DNA from: an uncultured Gemmatimonadaceae bacterium
GTDB taxonomy: Bacteria; Gemmatimonadota; Gemmatimonadetes; Gemmatimonadales; GWC2-71-9
NCBI GenBank assembly: GCA_964598655.1
Contig: CAZRCT010000002.1
Coordinates: 904 to 64,903 of the forward strand
Reading direction: 5' to 3'
DNA: 64,000 bases
Shown: one piece after another, positions 11,875 to 19,365 of the stretch
Layout: each line of letters begins with the position of its first letter
Position numbering within the stretch: position 1 is the first letter of the stretch
Notes under the pieces: model-generated
Told to the model about the DNA's origin: nothing
Databases searched by the model: none
What the model saw: only the letters and a program-made list of their open reading frames with translations
Program-made: the position numbers and the translations under genes

Positions 11875-12171
11875 ATGTGCCTCGGCATCCCCGGCAGGAT
11901 CATCGACACCCGTGACGACGCGGGCCTCCCGATGGGCACCGTCGATTTCGGCGGCGTCCGGCGCGAGTGCTGCCTGGCCTACGTCGCGAACGAGGTGGGC
12001 GTCGGCGACTACGTCATCGTCCACGTCGGCTTTGCCATCAGCAAGGTGGACGAGGAGGAGGCCATCAAGACCTTCCAGGCCCTGAAGGAGATGAGCCAGC
12101 TCGAGGAGTTGGAGTGGATGGGCGAGGTGGCGGAGAAGAGCCTGGCGGCGGGCGAGGAGCAGGCGCCATGA
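11875..12171 (+). CDS. hypC: HypC/HupF-family hydrogenase assembly chaperone
   Basis: The canonical N-terminus [10 protein letters not shown] carries the essential Cys2. At 98 aa it has an acidic C-terminal extension. Confidence 0.9.
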   Translation: MCLGIPGRIIDTRDDAGLPMGTVDFGGVRRECCLAYVANEVGVGDYVIVHVGFAISKVDEEEAIKTFQALKEMSQLEELEWMGEVAEKSLAAGEEQAP

Positions 12172-13274
12172 GGTTCCTCTCCGAGTACCGCGACCCAAAG
12201 CTCGCGCAGGGCCTGCTCAGGAAGATCCAGCAGGTGGCCACCCGCCGCTGGACACTGATGGAGGTCTGCGGCGGCCAGACCCACACCATCGTGCGCCAGG
12301 GCCTCGATGAGCTGCTGGCCGGCGCGGTGGAGATGATCCACGGCCCGGGCTGTCCCGTCTGCGTGACGCCGCTCGAGCAGATCGACAAGGCGCTGCACCT
12401 GGCGGCGCGGCCCGACGTCATCTTCACCAGCTTCGGCGACATGCTCCGCGTGCCCGGGAGCGACTGCGACCTGCTGCAGGTCCGTGCCCGCGGCGGCAAG
12501 GTGCAGATCGTCTACAGCCCGCTCGACGCGCTCACGCTGGCGCAGAAGAACCCCGACAAGCAGGTGGTCTTCTTCGCGGTGGGCTTCGAGACCACCGCGC
12601 CCGCCAATGCCATGGCCGTCTGGCGCGCCCGGCAGCTCGGCATCCGGAACTTCTCCATCCTCGTCAGCCACGTGACCGTGCCCCCCGCCATGGAGGCCAT
12701 CCTCGCCGCGCCGGACAACCGGGTGCAGGGTTTCCTGGCCGCGGGCCACGTCTGCGCCGTGATGGGGTGGACGGAGTACGAGCCGATCGCCGCGAGGTAC
12801 CGGGTGCCGATCATCGTCACCGGCTTCGAGCCGCTCGACATCCTGGAGGGCATGCTGATGGCGGTGGAGCAGCTCGAGGCCGGCCGGCACGAGGTGCAGA
12901 ACCAGTACGTCCGCGCCGTGAACCGCGACGGCACCCGCCCCGCGCAGGACCTGGTGCGCCAGGTGTTCCGCCTCGGCGACCGCGCGTGGCGCGGCATCGG
13001 CACCATCCCGGCGAGCGGCCTGGTGCTGCGCGAGGAGTTCGCCGACTTCGACGCCGAGGTGCGCTTCGGCCTCTCCGACATCAAGGTGCAGGAACCGGCC
13101 GAGTGCCGCGCCGGCGACGTGCTGCGGGGCCAGCTCAAGCCCACCCAGTGTGCGGCGTTCGGCACCCGCTGCACGCCGGAGCACCCGCTCGGCGCGCCGA
13201 TGGTCAGCTCGGAGGGCGCCTGCGCCGCCTACTACAACTACGCCCGCTTCCGCACCCCCGAGGCCGCGCAGTGA
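12168..13274 (+). CDS. hypD: HypD Fe-S hydrogenase maturation protein
   Basis: The start ATG at 12168 overlaps the hypC stop. Family motifs present: [32 protein letters not shown] and GFETTAP. Confidence 0.95.
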   Translation: MRFLSEYRDPKLAQGLLRKIQQVATRRWTLMEVCGGQTHTIVRQGLDELLAGAVEMIHGPGCPVCVTPLEQIDKALHLAARPDVIFTSFGDMLRVPGSDCDLLQVRARGGKVQIVYSPLDALTLAQKNPDKQVVFFAVGFETTAPANAMAVWRARQLGIRNFSILVSHVTVPPAMEAILAAPDNRVQGFLAAGHVCAVMGWTEYEPIAARYRVPIIVTGFEPLDILEGMLMAVEQLEAGRHEVQNQYVRAVNRDGTRPAQDLVRQVFRLGDRAWRGIGTIPASGLVLREEFADFDAEVRFGLSDIKVQEPAECRAGDVLRGQLKPTQCAAFGTRCTPEHPLGAPMVSSEGACAAYYNYARFRTPEAAQ

Positions 13275-14332
13275 CCGGCATCCGCTTCGACGGTCCCGCC
13301 TGCCCCGTCCCGCTCACCGACACCGAGCGGGTGCAGCTTGGCCACGGCTCGGGCGGCAAGATGAGCGCCCGGCTCATCCAGCAGCACTTCGTCCCGCTGC
13401 TCGGCAACGAGTACCTCGCCCAGCAGGGCGACGGGGCGGTGCTGCCGGCCGGAGAACGCGGGGAGCTCGTGGTCTCCACCGACTCGTTCGTGGTGAGCCC
13501 CCTGGAGTTCCCGGGCGGCAACATCGGCGCGCTCGCCGTGCACGGCACGGTGAACGACGTGGCGATGATGGGCGCCACCCCGCTCTTCATCACCGCCGGC
13601 TTCATCCTGGAGGAGGGGCTGCCGCTCGAGGTCCTGGACCGGGTGGTCCGCACCATGGCGGAGGCCGCGGCGGCCGCCGGGGTGCAGATGGTCGCCGGCG
13701 ATACCAAGGTGGTGGAGCGCGGCAAGGCCGACGGCATGTACATCAACACCACCGGGCTGGGCCTGCGGGAGCCGGACTTCCGGCCCGGCCCGGCCCGCGC
13801 CCGGGCCGGGGACGTGATCCTGGTGAGCGGCCCGCTGGCCCGCCACGGCATGGCCATCATGGCGGTGCGCGAGGGGCTCGCGTTCGAGACCACCATCACG
13901 AGCGACACCGCGAGCCTCGCCCCCCTCGTGGCCCAGCTCCGCCGGGACGTCGGGGACCACGTCGCCGCCCTCCGCGACCCGACCCGCGGCGGCCTCGCCA
14001 GCGCGCTCAACGAGATCGCGCAGGCCTCGCAGGTGGGGATGGAGCTCGACGAGTCCGCCATCCCCGTCCCGCCCGACGTCCATGCCGCCTGCGAGATGCT
14101 GGGCCTCGACCCACTCTACGTAGCCAACGAGGGCGTCCTTACCGCCATCGTCCGGCCGGAGCACGCGGAGGCCGCGCTCGCGGCCCTGCGCCAGCACCCG
14201 GTGGGGGCGGAGGCGCGGATCGTGGGGCGGGTGGTGGCCGAGCATCCGGGGTACGTCGTGCTCAAGACCCTGGTCGGCGGGACGCGCATCGTGGACATGC
14301 TGCCCGGCGACCAGCTGCCGCGCATCTGCTGA
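13271..14332 (+). CDS. hypE: HypE carbamoyl dehydratase
   Basis: The GTG start at 13271 overlaps the hypD stop (GTGA). It has a PurM-like fold ([10 protein letters not shown]) and the diagnostic C-terminal PRIC. Confidence 0.95.
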   Translation: MTGIRFDGPACPVPLTDTERVQLGHGSGGKMSARLIQQHFVPLLGNEYLAQQGDGAVLPAGERGELVVSTDSFVVSPLEFPGGNIGALAVHGTVNDVAMMGATPLFITAGFILEEGLPLEVLDRVVRTMAEAAAAAGVQMVAGDTKVVERGKADGMYINTTGLGLREPDFRPGPARARAGDVILVSGPLARHGMAIMAVREGLAFETTITSDTASLAPLVAQLRRDVGDHVAALRDPTRGGLASALNEIAQASQVGMELDESAIPVPPDVHAACEMLGLDPLYVANEGVLTAIVRPEHAEAALAALRQHPVGAEARIVGRVVAEHPGYVVLKTLVGGTRIVDMLPGDQLPRIC

Positions 14333-14379
14333 CCCCGCACCCGCCGCGGGCGGGGACGCACGGCCGCCCTCGTGCGAAC

Positions 14380-14412
14380 GAGCCCGGATCGGTGCAGTGC
14401 CGATCCGGGCTC
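14380..14412. terminator. Bidirectional terminator-like hairpin between convergent hypE and cysK
   Basis: GAGCCCGGATCGG (14380-14392), loop TGCAGTG, CCGATCCGGGCTC (14400-14412), forming a perfect 13-bp stem. Confidence 0.6.
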
Positions 14413-14435
14413 CTTCGCATCCCGTCCGCAGCCGC

Positions 14436-15353
14436 TCACCCGAAGAACCCTTCGATGGAGAGGTAGCGCTCCCCCGTGTCATAGCAGAACGCCAGCACCC
14501 GGCTCCCGGCCGGGAGATCCGGCAGCTTCCTCGCCACCGCCGCCAGCGACGCCCCCGAGCTCGGCCCCACGAAGATTGCCTCCTCCTTCGCGGCACGCAC
14601 CGCGTAGCCATAGGCCTCCTCCTCGGTGACCTGGATGGCGCCATCGAGGAGCGTGGTGTTCAGGTTCCCCGGGATGAAGCCCGCACCGATCCCCTGGATC
14701 TTGTGCGGGCTCGGCTCCCCGCCGGAGATCACCGCCGACTTGGCCGGCTCCACCGCGAACACCTTGAGCCCCGGCCACTTGGCCTTGAGCACCTCGGCCA
14801 CGCCGGTGATGTGCCCGCCCGTGCCGACGCCCGTGATGAGCACGTCGAGCCCCTCGGGGAAGTCGGCGAGGATCTCGCGCGCGGTGGTGCGGCGGTGGAT
14901 GTCCACGTTGGCCGGGTTGTCGAACTGCGAGGGCATCCACGCCCCCGGTGTCTGCGCCACCAGCTCCTGCGCCCGCGCGATGGCGCCCTTCATTCCCTTT
15001 TCCCGCGGCGTCAGGTCGAACTGGGCCCCGTACGCCGCCATGATTTTCCGCCGCTCGATGGTCATCGACTCCGGCATCACCAGGATCAGCTTGTAGCCCT
15101 TCACCGCCGCCGCCATGGCGAGCCCGATGCCGGTGTTGCCGCTGGTGGGTTCGATGATCACGCTGTCCTTGCGGAGGACGCCGCGGCGCTCCGCGTCCTC
15201 GATCATGGCCACGCCGATGCGGTCCTTGATGCTCCCGCCGGGATTGGCCCGCTCCAGCTTGAGCCACACCTCGGCCGGCGCGTTGCCGTACAGCCGGTGG
15301 ATGCGGACGTGCGGGGTGTTGCCGATGGTGTCGAGGATGGTGTTCGCCTTCAT
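14436..15353 (-). CDS. cysK: Cysteine synthase A (O-acetylserine sulfhydrylase)
   Basis: Start at [18 protein letters not shown] (ATG 15353-15351). It has the PLP-lysine region [11 protein letters not shown] and [10 protein letters not shown]. The tracked ORF (to 15803) is an upstream extension into cysE. Confidence 0.93.
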   Translation of the reverse strand: MKANTILDTIGNTPHVRIHRLYGNAPAEVWLKLERANPGGSIKDRIGVAMIEDAERRGVLRKDSVIIEPTSGNTGIGLAMAAAVKGYKLILVMPESMTIERRKIMAAYGAQFDLTPREKGMKGAIARAQELVAQTPGAWMPSQFDNPANVDIHRRTTAREILADFPEGLDVLITGVGTGGHITGVAEVLKAKWPGLKVFAVEPAKSAVISGGEPSPHKIQGIGAGFIPGNLNTTLLDGAIQVTEEEAYGYAVRAAKEEAIFVGPSSGASLAAVARKLPDLPAGSRVLAFCYDTGERYLSIEGFFG

Positions 15354-16189
15354 ATGTTGAACTCCAGCAGGGGTTCGTCGGCCTCGCGGGGACGTTCGAT
15401 GGTGGCGCCGTGCGTGACCACGGAGCCGGGCGGCACGCTGTGGGTGAGCCAGACGTTGCCGCCAATGACGCTGCCCTTCCCGATCACGGTGTCCCCGCCC
15501 AGGATCGTGGCGCCGGAGTAGATCACCACGTCGTCCTCGATGGTGGGATGGCGCTTGCGCTGGGCCAGCGACTTCCGGACACTCAGGGCGCCGAGCGTCA
15601 CGCCCTGGTAGAGCCGGACGCGGTCCCCGATCACGGCCGTCTCGCCGATGACGATCCCCGTGCCGTGATCGATGGCGCACGAGGCGCCGATCTGCGCGCC
15701 GGGATGGATGTCGATCCCCGTGGTGCGGTGGGCGTATTCCGCGATGAGCCGCGGCAGCAGCGTCACCCCCCGGCCCAGCAGGCCGTGGGCGATGCGGTGG
15801 CACGCCAGGGCCAGGAAACCGGGATAGGCCAGGATCACCTCGTCCACGCTCCGCGCGGCGGGGTCGGCCTCGCAGGTGGCCTCGGCGTCGCGCTGCAGCG
15901 CCTCGGCGAGGTCCGGCAGCCGGGCACAGGACTCGAAGCTCATCCGCTCCGCGTCCTTCGGGGCCGTACCCTGGGCCAGCAGGAAGGCCTCGAGGCCGCC
16001 CCGCAGCCGCTCCAGTTCGGAGCGGACTTCCCCGGGGGCGGTGCTCTGCGACGGCGTGAAATGCGGGAAGAGAAGGGCCAGCGCGGCCTGGGTCAGTTGC
16101 TCCGCCCGGTGGTTGGCCTGGACGGGGAGGGCGTACGCCTCACGCTGCGTGGCGATCCGGGCGACGAACGACTCGAGGGCGGGATCCAT
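15350..16189 (-). CDS. cysE: Serine O-acetyltransferase
   Basis: Start at MDPALESFV (ATG 16189-16187). It has a left-handed beta-helix hexapeptide region ([43 protein letters not shown]) typical of CysE. The stop overlaps the cysK start (ATGA). Confidence 0.9.
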   Translation of the reverse strand: MDPALESFVARIATQREAYALPVQANHRAEQLTQAALALLFPHFTPSQSTAPGEVRSELERLRGGLEAFLLAQGTAPKDAERMSFESCARLPDLAEALQRDAEATCEADPAARSVDEVILAYPGFLALACHRIAHGLLGRGVTLLPRLIAEYAHRTTGIDIHPGAQIGASCAIDHGTGIVIGETAVIGDRVRLYQGVTLGALSVRKSLAQRKRHPTIEDDVVIYSGATILGGDTVIGKGSVIGGNVWLTHSVPPGSVVTHGATIERPREADEPLLEFNI

Positions 16190-16488
16190 GCCCCAACATA
16201 CACCGCCCCGAGGGCCGGGACAGGGTGGCCGGCGGGAACCTCCCCCCGCGGCGGGGCGTTGAACCCGGTGTCCCAGACAGGTGCGGCCGCGAGCCACCGG
16301 GCGGCGGCGCCCCGTCCCACCCTAGCCAGCGCCTTCCCCCGGGTGAACATTCCCGCCGGTCCCGTGATCCAACGCGGACACCGGCGTTACCCGCCCGCGT
16401 TCCGCGGCTGGAACATTCCCGGGAGGAACCCCGTGCCGATCCACTCCGTAGTCCGCGCGTGCCGCCGCCCATCCCGGACCCGAGCCCC

Positions 16489-17334
16489 ATGACGCCCTTC
16501 CCTGACGCCACCCCGCGCCCCGACGACCCGGCGACCGCGCTCGCCCGGCGCGAGCTCGGTGCGGCGTACCCGGCCTATCCCGAGTTCCTGCCGGACACGG
16601 TGCTCGAGGCGGGCCGGTACGTGGTCCGCTTCGCGCGGAGCGCCGAGGACCTCGACGCCATCCAGCGGCTCCGCTTCGCCGTCTTCAACCTGGAACTCGG
16701 CGAGGGCCTCGAGAGCGCCTTCGCCACGGGACGGGACCACGACGAGCTGGACCTCACCTTCCATCACCTGCTCATCGCCAGCGCGGGGAGCGGGGAGGTG
16801 GTGGGCACCTACCGCCTCCAGACCGCCGCGATGGCGGCCCGCCATGGCTTCTACTCGGCGGGCGAGTTCGACCTCTCGCTTCTCCCCGCCGCGTACCTCG
16901 ACGATGCCGTGGAGATCGGCCGCGCCTGCGTGGCCCGGGAGCACCGGAACGGCCGGGTGCTCAACCTGCTCTGGCGCGGGCTGGCGCACTACCTGGCGTG
17001 GAACGGGAAGCACCAGCTCTTCGGCTGCTGCTCGCTCACCTCCCAGGATCCGGTGGAAGGACAGGCCGCGTTTCGCTGGCTCGATGACCACGGCCACCTG
17101 CACCGCACGCTCTGCACGCCGCCCCGGCCCGGCTTCGGCTGCGTCGCGGCCGATCCGGCGGCGGTGGCCGCCTTCCCCGTGCACATTCCCGCGCTGTTCC
17201 GCAGCTACCTGGCCCTCGGCGCCAAGGTGATGGGCCCGCCCGCCATCGACCGTGCCTTCCGGACCATTGACTTCCTCGTGACGCTCGACGTCCGTGACTT
17301 CGACGAGCCTACCTACCGCTTCTTCTTCCGCTGA
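16489..17334 (+). CDS. olsB: OlsB-like GNAT-family N-acyltransferase (lyso-aminolipid synthase; often annotated hemolysin-like)
   Basis: Start at the ATG at 16489 (MTPFPDATP). The sequence pattern matches OlsB/GlsB-type proteins (RFAVFNLELGEG, HHLLI, VGTYRL, YSAGEFDL, VEIGRACV..EHRNGRVLNLLW, and C-terminal LGAKVMGPPAID..F.TIDFLV). It is followed by a PlsC-type acyltransferase, as in olsBA pairs. Confidence 0.8.
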   Translation: MTPFPDATPRPDDPATALARRELGAAYPAYPEFLPDTVLEAGRYVVRFARSAEDLDAIQRLRFAVFNLELGEGLESAFATGRDHDELDLTFHHLLIASAGSGEVVGTYRLQTAAMAARHGFYSAGEFDLSLLPAAYLDDAVEIGRACVAREHRNGRVLNLLWRGLAHYLAWNGKHQLFGCCSLTSQDPVEGQAAFRWLDDHGHLHRTLCTPPRPGFGCVAADPAAVAAFPVHIPALFRSYLALGAKVMGPPAIDRAFRTIDFLVTLDVRDFDEPTYRFFFR

Positions 17335-17353
17335 GCCGGGAAGCGCCCTTCGG

Positions 17354-18103
17354 GTGCCGTTCCGCGCGCTCGGCCTCATGGCGTGGTCGGTGGCGTCCAT
17401 GGGGTTCATGGCGCTGGGCCTCGCCCTCACCCTCCCGTCGGGCCGGGCGCGGGGGGCGTGGCGGCGACTGGTGGTGCGCGGGTGGGGCCGAGGCCTGGCC
17501 GCCATTCTCGGACTCCGCATCGAGGTAGCCGGGACGGCGCCGGCGCCTCCGTTCTTCCTGGTGTCCAACCACCTGTCGTACGTGGACGCGGTGGTGTATG
17601 CCGCGGTGGCCCCCGGGCGCTTTGTGGCCAAGCGCGAGGTGCGGGGCTGGCCCGGCCTCGGGCTGCTGGCGTGGATGGCGGGGACCATCTTCATTGACCG
17701 CGGCACGCCGAGGGACGCCCTGCGCGTGCAGCGGCACCTGGCGGCGGCGTACGAGGCGGGCGAGGGCGTGCTGGTCTTCGCCGAGGCCACGAGCAGCGAG
17801 GGGCGGACGGTCCTGCCCTTCCGGCCCGCGCTGCTCGACTGGGCCGCGCGCACCGCGCGCCCCGTGCACCACGCCAGCATCAGCTATCGCACCCCGGCGG
17901 GCGCGGAGCCGGCGCACCGGAGCATCTGCTGGTGGGGGGACATGACGTTCGGACCACACTTCCTGGGGCTCTGCCGGCTGCCGTCGGCCACGGCCTCGGT
18001 GACCTTCGGCGCCGCCTCGCTCACGGGCGAGGACCGGCGCGCCCTCGCCACCGCACTGCAGCGCGCGGTGGCCGGCCATTTCATTCCTGTGGTGGGAGAC
18101 TGA
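17354..18103 (+). CDS. PlsC-family lysolipid O-acyltransferase (OlsA-like)
   Basis: It has the HX4D acyltransferase motif FFLVSNHLSYVDAV and the second motif VLVFAEATSS. The start is ambiguous: an in-frame GTG at 17354, or an ATG at 17378 (MAWSV). Confidence 0.8.
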   Translation: MPFRALGLMAWSVASMGFMALGLALTLPSGRARGAWRRLVVRGWGRGLAAILGLRIEVAGTAPAPPFFLVSNHLSYVDAVVYAAVAPGRFVAKREVRGWPGLGLLAWMAGTIFIDRGTPRDALRVQRHLAAAYEAGEGVLVFAEATSSEGRTVLPFRPALLDWAARTARPVHHASISYRTPAGAEPAHRSICWWGDMTFGPHFLGLCRLPSATASVTFGAASLTGEDRRALATALQRAVAGHFIPVVGD

Positions 18104-18106
18104 CGG

Positions 18107-18640
18107 ATGGATGCACGACTCGAAGCGGTGACCGGCAACCTGATCGTCCTGGAGCAGGCCGTCGAGGCCCTGCGCCGCCTGGACGACGCCACCTACATGG
18201 ACGGCGGCGCCGCCCCGGGCATCTCGCCGGTCGGGGTGCACTTCCGGCACGTCTTCGACCACTATCGGGCGTTCCTCGCTGGCCTCGCCGAGGGCCGCAT
18301 CGACTACGACGCGCGCGATCGCGCCGTGCCGCTCGAGCGGGACCGCGGGCTTGCCCTCGCCGCGGCGCTCGGGTACATCATGGACCTCGGGCGCCTCCCC
18401 GCCGAGCTCGGCGCCCGGCCGGTGCAGGTGAGCACGCGCAGCGTGGCCGGCGCCTCGGAAGAGCCGGACTGGGCGCCGTCCACCGTGAAGCGAGAGTTGC
18501 AGTTCCTGGTGAGCCACACGGTGCACCACTACGCGCTCATCAAGGAACTGCTCCGCCGCGCCGACTTCGATCCGGGCCCGGAGTTCGGCGTGGCGCCCTC
18601 CACCCTCGCCGCGCGCCGCGACCCCGCATGTGCACGGTAA
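18107..18640 (+). CDS. DinB-like (DinB_2) four-helix-bundle metal-binding protein
   Basis: 177 aa with a spaced His pattern typical of DinB-fold proteins (HFRHVFDHY near the N-terminal third, SHTVHHYALI near the C-terminus). It begins 4 nt after the upstream stop. Confidence 0.65.
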   Translation: MDARLEAVTGNLIVLEQAVEALRRLDDATYMDGGAAPGISPVGVHFRHVFDHYRAFLAGLAEGRIDYDARDRAVPLERDRGLALAAALGYIMDLGRLPAELGARPVQVSTRSVAGASEEPDWAPSTVKRELQFLVSHTVHHYALIKELLRRADFDPGPEFGVAPSTLAARRDPACAR

Positions 18641-19365
18641 GCTGGCTCCCCGAGGCCGGCGGCTACCACCTCTTCACCAACCGCGACGAGCGCCTGACGC
18701 GCGCCCCGGCCCTGCCGGCCGAGGCGCGTCAGGCTGATGGTGTCCCGTTCCTGGCGCCGCTTGACGGCGATGCGGGAGGGACGTGGGTCCTGGTCAACGC
18801 CTTCGGCCTCACCGTGACGCTGCTCAACCGCTGGGGCGTCCCCGGCGACGTGGAGCCGGCGGAACCCCGGAGCCGCGGCCTGCTGGCCCTGGAGCTGGCC
18901 AGCGCCCCGAGCATCGCGCAGGCCGCGGCGCGCCTCACGCCGGGACGGCTGGGCGTCACGCGGCCCTGCACGCTGGTGCTGGTGGAGCCGGGACGCCCGG
19001 CCTGGATCGGGACCTGGGACGGGCGCGTCCTCACGGCAAGCGAGCAGGCGGCGGCGGGCTTCCTGCGGAGCAGCTCCTCCGTGACGGAGCCGGAGGTGCT
19101 GGCCTCGCGCCGGGCGCTCTTCGACCGGCTCCGCCCGGTGACGGCGGTGGGCCTCGCCGCGCTGCACCGGAGCCACGCGCCGGCGCGCGGCAAGCTGTCG
19201 GTGTGCATGCACCGCGATGACGCCGCCACGCAGGCCGCCACCCGCATCGAGGTGACGGCCACCGAGGTGCGCATGCTCCACACGCCCGGCGCCCCCTGCG
19301 TCACCGCACCGTCGGCCCCCCTCACCCTCGCCCGCCAGCCGCTGCCACTTACTGTTCCCGCGTGA
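18628..19365 (+). CDS. NRDE-family protein (TANGO2-like, Ntn-hydrolase-type MC N-terminus)
   Basis: The start ATG at 18628 overlaps the DinB-like gene by 13 nt. The N-terminus MCTVSWL is followed by the family-naming motif FTNRDER, then GGTW and LLNRW. Confidence 0.75.
   Translation: MCTVSWLPEAGGYHLFTNRDERLTRAPALPAEARQADGVPFLAPLDGDAGGTWVLVNAFGLTVTLLNRWGVPGDVEPAEPRSRGLLALELASAPSIAQAAARLTPGRLGVTRPCTLVLVEPGRPAWIGTWDGRVLTASEQAAAGFLRSSSSVTEPEVLASRRALFDRLRPVTAVGLAALHRSHAPARGKLSVCMHRDDAATQAATRIEVTATEVRMLHTPGAPCVTAPSAPLTLARQPLPLTVPA

Noticed and set aside
9349-12198. 949-aa ORF antisense to hypB/hypF/hypC
   Set aside because: Same reasoning: the sense strand encodes textbook HypF zinc-finger and acylphosphatase motifs, and the antisense product has no motifs.
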